Notes: generated by a model not told the origin, from the letters alone. A stretch of DNA of 64,000 nt from an uncultured virus (IMG/VR IMGVR_UViG_3300005823_000001) (IMGVR_UViG_3300005823_000001), one strand, 5' to 3'. Positions 10,601-19,850 are shown, counted from the first letter of the stretch. Numbers and translations are program-made.

Positions 10601-11583
10601 TTGACCAGGGCCTTGTTCTTAAGTACCTCCAGCTTCTGTGTCCAAGATATAGTAGCCTCAGAGGTGTCCATTATAACGCCACCGGATGCTTCTAGCTGGG
10701 CTGTATACTCTTCGAGGTCAAAGACGCCGGTACGAATAGCTACACTAAGTCGCTGAGCACCCTCAGCACCAAAGGCCACAGTAGCTATATTCAGCGCTTC
10801 TGATTCTGTTGTAGCTTCCTTAACTTCAGCTACTACATCCTTAAGGCCGCCGTACAGGTCTGTTACGCCTTCATCAGCTAGCTTTCTCATATAAGCGTTC
10901 AGACCAGGCATTACACGACTAACGTCTACACCACCCTTATACAAAGCAGAGAATAGGGCCGTAGACTCTTCAAAGCTAAGATTAAGGTTTTTCAATACAG
11001 GCCCATAGGTCTGCATGGTAGTCGCTAGCTGCGTCATTGGTATGTTGGTAGCTTGAGACGCCGCAAATAGAACATCTAGGGCTCCTGCTGCGTCCTCATT
11101 AGCTATCTCAAATACGTTGAAGGCTCTGCTAGCACCAGCTATAAGGGCTGCGCTATCCTCGCCTAGCATACGTGCAGCCTCTAGTGCTGCCACGGACATA
11201 TCACGTAGAATAGGGCCGGTAGCACCGGTCAACGTGTTGAAATCAGATATAGCTTGGCCAGCAGCAGACATATCTACAGGGATAGCCGAGAATACGTATT
11301 TGAAATCGTCTTTGAGGCCCTTCAAATCCTCACCGGTTGCGCCGGTGCCTACTCGTATCTTGTCGTATATCTCATCGAATTGGCCACCTAGCTTAAGGGC
11401 CGCCAAGCCTAGACCTACAAAAGCTATGCCGCCGCCTATAGCGGCCATCTTGATAGCCTTACTCATACCACCGGCTTTCCGGCCTATTCGACTGAATATG
11501 CCGGTAGCTTCCGTTTCGCCCTTCTTGAGCTTACCGGTACGTAGCTCTACGTCTGAGAAGATAGTACCTAGATCGACAGACAT
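7636..11583 (-). CDS. Tail tape measure protein
   Basis: 1315 aa, Ala/Gly-rich helical; TGATGEDL start, hydrophobic segments, Trp-spaced repeats (IKGDWEGAWQGVK), LGISSP motif. Confidence 0.95.
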   Translation of the reverse strand: MSVDLGTIFSDVELRTGKLKKGETEATGIFSRIGRKAGGMSKAIKMAAIGGGIAFVGLGLAALKLGGQFDEIYDKIRVGTGATGEDLKGLKDDFKYVFSAIPVDMSAAGQAISDFNTLTGATGPILRDMSVAALEAARMLGEDSAALIAGASRAFNVFEIANEDAAGALDVLFAASQATNIPMTQLATTMQTYGPVLKNLNLSFEESTALFSALYKGGVDVSRVMPGLNAYMRKLADEGVTDLYGGLKDVVAEVKEATTESEALNIATVAFGAEGAQRLSVAIRTGVFDLEEYTAQLEASGGVIMDTSEATISWTQKLEVLKNKALVKLEPVLIRIFDGLTAFFTIIEKKVLPVLSTFSKYLGFVWAEGDELNDWLTNLPPSIQPIALWIGKATIAFQELIPQIIDAAKEIGLFLLPALDTLTDLWSNLWPVLQDYVIPALQRVGAFLMEHKPLLILVVAAILALVAPWLAVVAAIALVLAKWDEISGFFASVANQVKGFINTFREIPIIGGIFEGAFKAIWIIVEYWFNTIKNYIETVIGAIKNIITIVMALIKGDWEGAWQGVKDLVTGIWDGIKKQIELVLKAIQGLIGVYLDTFLGVIKDGWALIKDFFIKTIPNWFKTHWKEALIVIFAGIPGLLIYKFRDKIIEAFNEVKEIVTSTVSNFFRDHWKDVLIGVIGGIPILLMYTFRDKLKDAIVTIGDSLKQKGTSVANWVWEGIKSLPGKMLQLGIDIVEGLWDGIASMKTWLLDKVKGLGGAVLGAVGDGLGKLNPFSPSVFGIEVGEGLGLGIEKGIASTLPTVESAGRSIAESIEDSLFRYTKFTVKYSDHLNDWLTHLPEGLQRPAEALGEAIVNDSTGAVADALEKYITSTGSLGDYLNDYLTHLPDDLRSAAKQIGIAIVEEAESGLVSGIDSQTATVQDSLSKFLEACLNGLQVPKGWKGIRWTETLQGFIDEAHKIAATGGVDAAVAYIKQFTDLLDYNEEPATKALRALLGEVQTVGKAEGAEAGMVSGKALLGGLLKGTEVHMPSVIKLTQSIFEAYIAAIGGPAALSKMGKAGQAWVGYMGSWLGAIRNVASQGGIDAAIDYIESLIDMLGDQSGPAKTALSLLMGQLSLLGQEEGSEAGEVAGGAVTEGLGSEVDQTAPGTAQEASGAIGAALGRWAGSSTAGAWGRSIGGYVMSGIWQAFNSDWDSWAESIADIIYDGLIDALGISSPAKKAIPLGVAIGAGIQRGINLEPLSIDLPKLNGMIGGTRGLAAAGSVNSSKQYTFNINVDVAGVEGGEAIGDSIAESVRVTVEEILDEVEVVEPTLGT

Positions 11584-11814
11584 CTATTGCTCACTCAATA
11601 CAGGAAACCGGCCAGTAGGCAGTAACCCACTTGTAGTATCCCAAGTAGGAGAAGGCTTTTCCTGCTCGGCCTCTGCTAAGATAGCGATGATAGCTACAGC
11701 CTCGTCCAAGGCCAGGGCCGTGTAAGGCTCAGTTATCCCTATAAGGTCACTCGGCCTTTGGCTGTACCTTCTCGCTACCAGGTCTAGCCTCTGCACTAGC
11801 TCCTCGTTCCTCAC
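11584..11814 (-). CDS. Tail assembly chaperone, C-terminal (frameshift) extension
   Basis: Overlaps the upstream chaperone in the +1 frame; ARRYSQRPSDLIGI...ALDEA motif; just upstream of the TMP. Confidence 0.7.
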   Translation of the reverse strand: MRNEELVQRLDLVARRYSQRPSDLIGITEPYTALALDEAVAIIAILAEAEQEKPSPTWDTTSGLLPTGRFPVLSEQ

Positions 11815-12196
11815 GAAATTTTGCTAGGGCCTCTAGGCCACTCTGTACATACGCCATGAGAAAGCCCTTGTCTTCATCAGATACCCATGATATATGTAGC
11901 TCGTCGCCTGTCGCCTCGCCCTCTACTATGCATTTGGGCTCATAGAAGGCTTTTGCCACCACTATTTCGATGACCTGAGATATGCCTGGTAGGTGCTCAT
12001 CCTTAAAGTCGCTACCTGCCTTGCCCTCCATTACTTTCCTAGCGGCAGACAAAAGGCTGTTAGGGAACACCCCTGCCGACATCATGCTAAGCACAGATGG
12101 CCTAACAGCCTTTATGGTATTGCCCGATGGCAATTCCAATATGTCTACCTTACGCCATCCGCTAGCTGCGGTGGCTTTCTTACTGGGCTCAGCCAT
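11747..12196 (-). CDS. Tail assembly chaperone
   Basis: Between tail tube and TMP; LELPSG..VRPS motif; ends LAKFR. Confidence 0.8.
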   Translation of the reverse strand: MAEPSKKATAASGWRKVDILELPSGNTIKAVRPSVLSMMSAGVFPNSLLSAARKVMEGKAGSDFKDEHLPGISQVIEIVVAKAFYEPKCIVEGEATGDELHISWVSDEDKGFLMAYVQSGLEALAKFREERGASAEARPGSEKVQPKAE

Positions 12197-12226
12197 AATC
12201 GCCCTCCTTATATAGCTAATGCCCTA

Positions 12227-12781
12227 TTACGAGCTAAGTATAGCGATGCTGTAGTAGGCCCCGCCAGTGGGTACGCTTGGTATAGCAGAGGTAATGAGGT
12301 CTGTAGCTGTCTTTACAGCCTCAAACGTCCAAGCCATACCGTGCTTTTCCTTGCTAGCAGCGCTAGGCACAGTATACGGTTGCGCCTTGCCCTTGTACAG
12401 AGTGACTCGTAGTGTCCGCTCGGTGCCGGTAGCATCCTCAACCGCCTGTAGGTCAATCTGTAGGCCTACATCCGGTGGCGCTTCCTCTGCCGTCTCACCA
12501 AAGTAGTACCGGCTTATCTCGCCGGTCTGAGCCGCATCGGACTTACCGTATAGCCGCTCAAACAGCGCCTCTGTGTACTTATCCACCTCGATGGTAGCTA
12601 CCACCTTGTCGATGGAGAACATGGTTTGTACCTGGCCGTCACCCAAGAAGTCGATATCTGACCTAGGCACGTCCAGGCCTACGCTCCGCAGAAAGACTAT
12701 CTGCTCCTCAGCAATAGTTGTAGGGCCAGAAGAGTAGAGCACCTTGCCCTGCTTGACACCCTTAACCTTATATGTAGCCAA
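12227..12781 (-). CDS. Major tail (tube) protein
   Basis: 184 aa, beta-rich, FLGDG motif, directly upstream of the chaperones. Confidence 0.75.
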   Translation of the reverse strand: MATYKVKGVKQGKVLYSSGPTTIAEEQIVFLRSVGLDVPRSDIDFLGDGQVQTMFSIDKVVATIEVDKYTEALFERLYGKSDAAQTGEISRYYFGETAEEAPPDVGLQIDLQAVEDATGTERTLRVTLYKGKAQPYTVPSAASKEKHGMAWTFEAVKTATDLITSAIPSVPTGGAYYSIAILSS

Positions 12782-12850
12782 CGTAACCCTCCTATTGGCA
12801 TTTCACAGCCGCGTATTTTGTCTAGGCTAAGTGCCCTTCTATATGGGACT

Positions 12851-13282
12851 TCAAACCCATATTCCAAGTCTGACATACTTATACGCCTTTTGTAGGCCAT
12901 CATCGTGTAGCTCGCCGCTAGTATGCTCCCATTCAGTCATGAAATCCTGTATACGCTCGCCGGAATCGCCCGTAAACTGAGGGCCGGTATTCTCTAGCGC
13001 CTCACGGATTTCTTTGATTATCCGGTCAACAGCCCAGTATGACTTGCCAGGTTCATCGTATATCCAAATAGAGACGCCCATTCGCCCTATTAGAGGCGGG
13101 TCTATGGCTCCTTGCTCCTCTATCTTGACTACGATAAACGGTGTAGCCGTCTCTGAAGTAGGCTCATATATAACACCGGAGCGGACAGCAGGTAGTATAG
13201 AATTTACGCCATCAGCTAGTTTGCTGATAAGGCCGCTATCGCCCTCTAGCGTGTTATAGATTTGTCTCTTTATCTGAGCCAC
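12851..13282 (-). CDS. Tail terminator protein
   Basis: IYNTL..DSGL..L...TPFIVV...SIWIYD..KSYWAVD pattern; synteny. Confidence 0.7.
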   Translation of the reverse strand: MAQIKRQIYNTLEGDSGLISKLADGVNSILPAVRSGVIYEPTSETATPFIVVKIEEQGAIDPPLIGRMGVSIWIYDEPGKSYWAVDRIIKEIREALENTGPQFTGDSGERIQDFMTEWEHTSGELHDDGLQKAYKYVRLGIWV

Positions 13283-13539
13283 TATTGAGATACTACCTCT
13301 TCCTTCTTAGGCTGAACGCTGTGCTTTTCCATATCTTCCGGCAGGTTGAGGGTATTGCAGCGTCCACACTTGATATACTGAGGCCAAGCTGATAGGCTTA
13401 TTACGTAATTGCTAATCTTAATCTCTATACGGTTGCTTGCCTCATCGCCAGTCTCATACTCGCGGGCCAAGGGCCAGCCGCAGCCCTTACACACCACTTT
13501 CTTGAAAGATAGACGAAAGTTGGCTAAATTATTTGCCAT
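13282..13539 (-). CDS. Small Zn-ribbon protein (Mu Com-like)
   Basis: CKGCGWPLA...IKCGRCNTLN. Confidence 0.55.
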   Translation of the reverse strand: MANNLANFRLSFKKVVCKGCGWPLAREYETGDEASNRIEIKISNYVISLSAWPQYIKCGRCNTLNLPEDMEKHSVQPKKEEVVSQ

Positions 13540-13541
13540 AG

Positions 13542-13874
13542 CTAACTCCTTATCTTGCCAACAAGCCTATGTAACCTGATAGCTGTTTCTTGCGCTGTAG
13601 GATAGATGACGGCATACCGGCCCTGGTAGTCAAGCTCCAATCGTGGGCTATAAGGCATTCCTCCTCTGAGTATGATTTTCTTCTCCTCTTTAGTGAATGA
13701 GGTAGTACCGCCTAGAGAGTTACGAGCGTTAGCAGTACGGTCTATCCAAGGAGCGTTGTTTTTCATGTCTTGCTCAGCTTGTATAGCTTGCTGGTCACAT
13801 ATAGTCTCCAAGGCAGTCTCAAAGTTCTGCACCCAGCTACTAAGTCTTGCTATTACCGCAGCTTCGCCGGTCAT
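13542..13874 (-). CDS. HK97 gp10-like neck protein
   Basis: MKNNAPWIDRTANARNSL...Y..RLEL..GRYAVIYPT. Confidence 0.8.
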   Translation of the reverse strand: MTGEAAVIARLSSWVQNFETALETICDQQAIQAEQDMKNNAPWIDRTANARNSLGGTTSFTKEEKKIILRGGMPYSPRLELDYQGRYAVIYPTAQETAIRLHRLVGKIRS

Positions 13875-14236
13875 TACCCGCTCCTTGCCAAAGCCACCAC
13901 CATATGACTATTCCAGTTAGCCACATGCTTAATAAGCAGAGTAACACCTGTAGACCGTCTTATCTGACCACCAGCCACCAGATAAGTACTAACTTCACTA
14001 TAGGCTACGTAATCGGCTGCCGCTTGTATCGCCGGAGGTAAGGCCTTGATAAGGCCATATATCGGTTGTATATTCATCTCTATGGTGGCTATGTCTCCCC
14101 AGCGTACCTTTTCCTCGCCATCTGCATCGGTATACCCTTCGCGGCCCTCAACCGTTACTGTCTCGATGCTATCTGTAGCATCTAGCCCATGAGCGTTCTC
14201 GTCGTACTCGGTAGGCACTAGGCTTTGCCCCTCCAT
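13874..14236 (-). CDS. Head closure protein
   Basis: Size, synteny and NIQP motif. Confidence 0.55.
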   Translation of the reverse strand: MEGQSLVPTEYDENAHGLDATDSIETVTVEGREGYTDADGEEKVRWGDIATIEMNIQPIYGLIKALPPAIQAAADYVAYSEVSTYLVAGGQIRRSTGVTLLIKHVANWNSHMVVALARSG

Positions 14237-15483
14237 CGTCTCGACTTAGGGATACTCATAACCTGCTCTACTAGCGCCGGTAGGGGCTTGAGAACCTCGC
14301 TCCATGTACGCTGAGTAGCCCATTCTATCCCCTTCTGGCGCTTCTCCCACCACCTAGTACGGCCATTCTTGACATCCTGGTAGATAAGGTTAAGCCATTG
14401 GGCCGTTTCATCTACGTTAGGAGGCAAGTATTCTATAGAAGCGATGAGGTTAATACGGTGAAGGCCCCTTATAAGCCAACCGCCATGTACCACTTCAGCA
14501 ACAGCCGTATTAGCCGGTGCCAAAACCGGACACCCTGCTGCCTGGGCCTCATGCATAGGTAGCCCATATGCCTCGCCGCCGGTAGTGCTGAAGTATATGT
14601 CAGCAAGGTTGTACAGCATATTGAGATTGGTTTGGCTAGTTGCTTTCCAAGCCGTATTATAACCGGAGGTCATGATTATACGGCCCTCAGGGTAATCCCT
14701 AGCATATACATCCAGCATATCCTCGAAATTCCAGCCAAAGTAGTCATCATAGCTGGTGTGGGCATATAGGTAAGCGTCTTGGGCTCCTGATATGTCTAGG
14801 AATTGCTTAAAGGCCTGGAAGCTAAGAGGCCACTGTTTTCTATACTCGTTACGGTCACAACGGAAGGCTATAAAGGCATCCTCCGGCATGCCTATCTTAG
14901 CCCTTAGCGCATTACGCTCCTCTAGCGTTTTCCAGGTAGTATGGAACCTCGTTGGCTCATAGCCATGAGGTATAACGTGTACCTTCTCTGGCGGTACTGG
15001 ATTGCGCTCACATAGTATACGCTTGCCCCAATCGCTGAATACTACTGTAGCATCGGCTCGCATAGGGCCAGACGCCCACCAGCGAGGGAATAGCTCGCTC
15101 TCAAAAGCTACAAAGCCTATAGTAGGGAAGTTTTTGAATTGAGGCGAACGCTGCCAGCGAGCACTATAACCGGCCAAGTCATTTACGAATAGTATCAGGT
15201 CTGGCCGAATAGCCTTGACCATCTTAGGCAGTAGGACATGGCCCCAGAGGTCTATCTGACCATCCTCTCCCGCCATAGGCTTAGGAGCCGGATTCCAATA
15301 CCTATATGGATACCGGTCGTGGTCAGGACAGTTACCGTCCCAGTTAAGAGCTAGGACATGTATATCGAATTCGTCTTTGAATAGGTCTAATACGTTCCTC
15401 ATTACATTGGCGAATCCGGTATGCATATTCGGAGCATCGCCACATGCAATAAGTACCGGCTTCTTCCTCTTGCGAGTGGTCAT
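14218..15483 (-). CDS. Glycosyltransferase, GT-B fold (GT4-like)
   Basis: GDAP..TGFA N-terminus, VIPHG, RNEYRK, EAYGLPMHEAQAAGCPV (EX7E) motif. Confidence 0.9.
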   Translation of the reverse strand: MTTRKRKKPVLIACGDAPNMHTGFANVMRNVLDLFKDEFDIHVLALNWDGNCPDHDRYPYRYWNPAPKPMAGEDGQIDLWGHVLLPKMVKAIRPDLILFVNDLAGYSARWQRSPQFKNFPTIGFVAFESELFPRWWASGPMRADATVVFSDWGKRILCERNPVPPEKVHVIPHGYEPTRFHTTWKTLEERNALRAKIGMPEDAFIAFRCDRNEYRKQWPLSFQAFKQFLDISGAQDAYLYAHTSYDDYFGWNFEDMLDVYARDYPEGRIIMTSGYNTAWKATSQTNLNMLYNLADIYFSTTGGEAYGLPMHEAQAAGCPVLAPANTAVAEVVHGGWLIRGLHRINLIASIEYLPPNVDETAQWLNLIYQDVKNGRTRWWEKRQKGIEWATQRTWSEVLKPLPALVEQVMSIPKSRRWRGKA

Positions 15484-15501
15484 GGCTATATGCCTCCAAT
15501 C

Positions 15502-15873
15502 TTAGACCTCACCTTGTAAGGCCCTATCTATAAGGATTTGCTGCAATGACCAGGGAGCCCAAGCTATCTCAGTAAGCTCCTCTGTGTACTTAGTCTGGCC
15601 TATCTCACGTAGTTGCTGAGCCCTTTGTTGTAGCTGCACAGCCGTCTGACGGCTTATAGCTATCCCTCCTCTGCTATAAGAAGATAGCTTCCTAGCCTCT
15701 ATATTGGCAAGTGACTCCAAGGCCTCAGCAGCCGCGTAGTAGAGGTTATCTAAGGCCTCGTCAAGGAAAAACTGTATCTCGTTATCCCTGTACAAGGCCG
15801 AATCGTGGTCAACATCTCCTATTAACCGCCGAACCTTGCCTATATTAGTAGTTATGTCGTATGTAAACGCCAA
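15502..15873 (-). CDS. Head-tail adaptor
   Basis: FTYD..T.IGKVRRLIGD....L..DNEIQFFL. Confidence 0.8.
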   Translation of the reverse strand: MAFTYDITTNIGKVRRLIGDVDHDSALYRDNEIQFFLDEALDNLYYAAAEALESLANIEARKLSSYSRGGIAISRQTAVQLQQRAQQLREIGQTKYTEELTEIAWAPWSLQQILIDRALQGEV

Positions 15874-15883
15874 GCCTCAACCC

Positions 15884-16150
15884 CTAATTCCACTCTACAT
15901 AGCAATTAGGAGCGGTGCCTGCTAGAGTAACGTGTATATCCGTATCACACTTCCTATTAAAGGCAAAGCCCTGAGACGTTGCCAGGGCCACCTTTAATAC
16001 GGCTATAATCGTTCCGCTAGCGCCACCATTCCTTATAGTAGCCGTGGCCGCATCGCTACCGCCTGTGAGTACAACCTGCTTCAACACAGCAGGCCTCGCA
16101 CAGGCGGTAGCATCAGCGGTTAGGTTGACGCTGCTATTAACGTCAGCCAT
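15884..16150 (-). CDS. Small virion-associated protein
   Basis: 88 aa, beta-rich, follows the capsid gene; has an RBS. Confidence 0.5.
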   Translation of the reverse strand: MADVNSSVNLTADATACARPAVLKQVVLTGGSDAATATIRNGGASGTIIAVLKVALATSQGFAFNRKCDTDIHVTLAGTAPNCYVEWN

Positions 16151-16166
16151 TCAGTACCTCCGTGGC

Positions 16167-17186
16167 TTATGCCGCTGCCTTGATGATGCCGCGTGGCTCT
16201 ATTGGCTTGACTATCCAATCGTGACGTACCTTGTAGGCAATCTCATCGAATTCGAAGCTATAGGGGTCGTTGCCTCCAAGTACAAGCCGTACAGCAGGGT
16301 CTTTCAACATCAGGTCTGGTGTATCCTTGCCGTTTAGGAAACCCACAGCCAAGCCAGGTGCAACAGCCGGTGAAGCGAACAGATACCAGGTGGTAGCGCT
16401 AGTCAGGAATGGCTCCACCACTACCTGTATAGCGTTCTGCATCACATTGGCATTAGGCGCTAGTACGTTGCTAGCCGGTGTGCCAATGAGTATCTGACTC
16501 TCAAGTATCTCCTTGGCTGTGTACTCAAGCTCAATGGGTACAAGGATGAAAGCAGGCTGTAGAGCTAGCTTATTGCCATCCCTGTCAAGGAAGCCTCTCT
16601 GCGTTTCCAGAGCCGTCCTAAGGGTAGTCCGGCTAAGGGCTGAGCTAGTCATGGAGTTATTCGCCGCCGTAGTAGCGCCATCGGTTTGTAGGTGGTCGCC
16701 AAAGAAGGCTACACCATCATAGGCAGTACCAGGGCTCTCTAGCACGGCTACAACGTCCTTAGCCAAAGAACGCGCCGCCGACCGGCCAAACCTAGCAGGC
16801 TGATCCTGTAGCTTGTTGAATTCGTCGTTGATGATGGCCTGCCTGCTAATAGAGAACGTCCGGCCATAGGTAGCCAATGCCATCTGCACGTTGTATACGT
16901 CGTCAACGTCAGAGCCCGCATAGCCACCACCCTCCGGTATAGGCAAAAGATCATCGGTCTCACCTAGCGGAGTCATGATGTTATGCGTCTTGAAGTCACT
17001 GAAGGGCATCAGCTTGGTATACTGTCGCCAAGCTGCCGGTGCCTTAGCCCACTCGCCCAGAAGTATCTTGTGTAGCCGCTCGGCTAGGAAATTGGGGAAG
17101 TCCGATATGGCGTGGGCCTCCTGAGCCTCAATATAGGCTTCGTATAGCGCATTTGAGCGCTTCCAACCGTCTGTATCAAAGGGCAT
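16167..17186 (-). CDS. Major capsid protein (Mu gpT-like)
   Basis: SDFP..L, DFK, TYGRTFSISRQAIINDE, L.LQPAFILVP, WYLFA, YKVRHD. Confidence 0.92.
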   Translation of the reverse strand: MPFDTDGWKRSNALYEAYIEAQEAHAISDFPNFLAERLHKILLGEWAKAPAAWRQYTKLMPFSDFKTHNIMTPLGETDDLLPIPEGGGYAGSDVDDVYNVQMALATYGRTFSISRQAIINDEFNKLQDQPARFGRSAARSLAKDVVAVLESPGTAYDGVAFFGDHLQTDGATTAANNSMTSSALSRTTLRTALETQRGFLDRDGNKLALQPAFILVPIELEYTAKEILESQILIGTPASNVLAPNANVMQNAIQVVVEPFLTSATTWYLFASPAVAPGLAVGFLNGKDTPDLMLKDPAVRLVLGGNDPYSFEFDEIAYKVRHDWIVKPIEPRGIIKAAA

Positions 17187-17208
17187 ACCGATATCCTCCT
17201 ATCTGCTC

Positions 17209-17574
17209 CTACAGGTTGTTGGGTAGTACGAGCATCCACACCTTGCCGCTAGGTACACCCTTTTGATGTGTCTCAGTACCGGTGCCTCTGGTAACCTTAC
17301 CGGTTAGGCGGTTGCTGCCTGGTGTGCTGGTGAGGGCATTAGCCGCCGTGCTGCCGACGAGATATACCTTTGTACCAACGGCCCACGTCTGGCCGGAGCT
17401 TATAGTCACCTCTATCTCACCAGGAACGAGGTTGAGCCAACCATATTCGCCGGAGACTTGGGTAGTCATGGCTACGCCATGAAATCCGTCCTGTAGCACA
17501 AAGTCGCCCGCCGTCACACCAAGAGTGTACTTAACGAGTATGCGCTTGCCGTCGCCGCGTGTATTCTTAGGCAT
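17209..17574 (-). CDS. Capsid decoration/cement protein (DUF2190-like)
   Basis: GVTAGDFV...GVAMT...GE.G pattern upstream of the MCP. Confidence 0.7.
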   Translation of the reverse strand: MPKNTRGDGKRILVKYTLGVTAGDFVLQDGFHGVAMTTQVSGEYGWLNLVPGEIEVTISSGQTWAVGTKVYLVGSTAANALTSTPGSNRLTGKVTRGTGTETHQKGVPSGKVWMLVLPNNL

Positions 17575-19377
17575 CTACTTTTCCTCCCCTTGGGTGCTAC
17601 CCGCGTCCTCAGCGATACCCAACGCTCTATCAAGAGCAGACACCTTAGGCGTGGGCTTATGCCCATTATCACCGCCAGACGGCCCCATGTTCTGTACCCG
17701 TCCGTCAGGTGCTAGGCTCCGAATGTAGGCCCGCTCGTCTTCAACGGCCTCAGTAACTTTGGCCTCTACCTCTTCCTCTGGTATAACGGTATCAGTGAAT
17801 TTCTGAGCTACCCGTTCTTGAGCCGGTGCCGGTAGCTGGCCTTCCTTTGCCAGAAATTCGCGTACCCTCTTGTCACTATCTGTCTGCTCGCCCTTGGCCT
17901 TAAGCTCATCCCGCTCGGCCTGGGCCTCATCCCGCTCCTTAGTAGCGGTTTCTAGCTGCTCCTTGACCTGTGTAAGCTCGGTCTTGTCTTCCTGTACGAG
18001 CATTTCTACCAGGTCAGGACGCTCTTGCTTAAGCTCCTCTACGGTGAGTTCCTTGAGGATAGCCATAAGCTCCTCACCTCCTATAGATTCTTGCGCCAAT
18101 ATACCTCCACCGGCACCGGCATCCGTTACCCAATCGACACTATGGCTCTTGACGAATTCCTGTATATAGTCCACCTTCTTGCCGTCTAGTGGGTAATTGG
18201 GGACACCTCGGCAGAGAGCGTTTATACTTATGCCTACGTCATTCTTCGCCTCCTTAGCAAAGTCGTAGAAATCCCTACGGAATATCTTGATATCGCCTCT
18301 GATAGCGCCTTCCTCGTCTACCCAAGTACGCGCTACCTTACTCACTAGCTCGTTGACGCTTCTTATAGATTGGCCCCTAGGTGGATGGTTGAGATACATC
18401 TTGGCACCCTCAAATACGCCATAACCCTTGTGAATGGCATCCTGGCTATAGTGCCGGTTATTGAGGCTAGTACCAGGCTTGAGGATAGTCACCCCTTCCA
18501 CTACCATGTCGGCGTCCCTGAAAGCCACTGAGCCGGTGTCGGTGCGCTCCGTGACCTCCATGCTAGCCTCATCCTCAGAGGCCACGCCTGGGCCATCCTG
18601 GTGCGTCTCCTGGGCAATTTGGGAGCCTTCCGCGCTCGGATCATCGGTAACCGGCTCATCGGTGCCGCTACCCTCAGTGGTAGCTGCCCATGTCTGCATA
18701 ACCGGAGTCTTATCGCCAAGGACTACAGAACCATCCTCATTGAGGGTATAAGGATACTTATAGTGCTTACCATCTTCTCGGATGATTACATGATTCTGAT
18801 ATACATCCACTACCCACGGATAGCTAGGGCCGACCGCCTTATCTGCTGATGGCTGTAGCTTAGTCTCTATCTTGTCACGGATAGCATTGAAGCTCATAGT
18901 AGCAGCGTTAAGCTCCATCACGCTGTCTATCCATGTGCTTATAGCTTCCTCGGCCCCTTCCTTAGAGGTAGCCAGTGACTTAGCCGTAGCTGCCAAGTCC
19001 TTGATGGTGGCTGTATCCAATTTTAAGTCGCCTAGGTCGCCAAATAGCGACTTAAGCATAGCGCCCATCATCTTAGCTAGGCTACCTTCCCATCCGGCAT
19101 GACGGGCTCCGGCCTCCTGTACTAACTGGTCTAGCTTGTCTTCTATAGTTACGCCTTCCCTTAACATCCAAGTACCTCCACGTTTCGTATACCGCTTACG
19201 AAAAGCGGCGATGGCCATAGACATAGCCTTACCAGGGTCGTGTGTTCCGCTAGGGCTGGTTTTGATGGCATCGTACATCGAGGCTAGCTTGTTGGCCTGA
19301 GCCAAAGTCAAACTAACACCGTCTAGCTTCTTAAATTGAGCCGGAGCATCAGCTAGCTTACGGTACGGCATCTTCAC
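17575..19377 (-). CDS. Prohead protease-scaffold fusion with ChaB-like N-terminal domain
   Basis: ILKPGTSLNNRHYS, MYLNHP, GISINA, SVDWVTDAGAGG protease core; coiled-coil C-terminus; N-terminal AMSMAIAAFRKRYTKRGGTW. Confidence 0.8.
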   Translation of the reverse strand: MKMPYRKLADAPAQFKKLDGVSLTLAQANKLASMYDAIKTSPSGTHDPGKAMSMAIAAFRKRYTKRGGTWMLREGVTIEDKLDQLVQEAGARHAGWEGSLAKMMGAMLKSLFGDLGDLKLDTATIKDLAATAKSLATSKEGAEEAISTWIDSVMELNAATMSFNAIRDKIETKLQPSADKAVGPSYPWVVDVYQNHVIIREDGKHYKYPYTLNEDGSVVLGDKTPVMQTWAATTEGSGTDEPVTDDPSAEGSQIAQETHQDGPGVASEDEASMEVTERTDTGSVAFRDADMVVEGVTILKPGTSLNNRHYSQDAIHKGYGVFEGAKMYLNHPPRGQSIRSVNELVSKVARTWVDEEGAIRGDIKIFRRDFYDFAKEAKNDVGISINALCRGVPNYPLDGKKVDYIQEFVKSHSVDWVTDAGAGGGILAQESIGGEELMAILKELTVEELKQERPDLVEMLVQEDKTELTQVKEQLETATKERDEAQAERDELKAKGEQTDSDKRVREFLAKEGQLPAPAQERVAQKFTDTVIPEEEVEAKVTEAVEDERAYIRSLAPDGRVQNMGPSGGDNGHKPTPKVSALDRALGIAEDAGSTQGEEK

Positions 19378-19470
19378 TTATTAAACGCTTGGATGGTGTC
19401 TCCTGTTGTACCTAGTCAACTTTCTTTGAATCTTTTTTCAAAGTATTTTTCCGTCCTATCTAGCAATGAC

Positions 19471-19532
19471 TTGACTTGTGTGGTAAGGTTGAGGATAATA
19501 TACATAGAGAGTAGGATATAGCAGCTAGGAGG
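19471..19532 (+). promoter_or_regulatory. Sigma70-type early promoter with leader and RBS
   Basis: TTGACT-17-GATAAT, then GAGTAGGATATAGCAGCTAGGAGG, which is identical to the copy at 56051-56074. Confidence 0.85.
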
Positions 19533-19539
19533 AATCGAG

Positions 19540-19827
19540 ATGACTACACGGAACGCGGTCTACCTACTCCACTTTGACAAGGCCCTATGCCACGCTCAGC
19601 ACTACATGGGCTCCGCTGCTGACCTAGAGGCCCGCCTAGAGAAGCACCGCACCGGTAATGGTGCTCGCCTCATGGCAGTCATCAAGGATTTGGGTATAGG
19701 ATGGGAAGTGGCTCGAATATGGGAGCACGAGACGCTCAAGAAAGCTCGGCTAGCTGAAAGCCGATACAAGAGGGTATACAAGAGCGCTCGGAAACTCTGC
19801 CCCATATGCAGGAATGGAAACAAGTAG
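19540..19827 (+). CDS. Small GIY-YIG nuclease-like protein
   Basis: VYLLHF...HYMGSA.DL.ARL..H..G.GAR...E. Confidence 0.85.
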   Translation: MTTRNAVYLLHFDKALCHAQHYMGSAADLEARLEKHRTGNGARLMAVIKDLGIGWEVARIWEHETLKKARLAESRYKRVYKSARKLCPICRNGNK

Positions 19828-19850
19828 GAAAGTAGTTAACTAGGAGGTAT

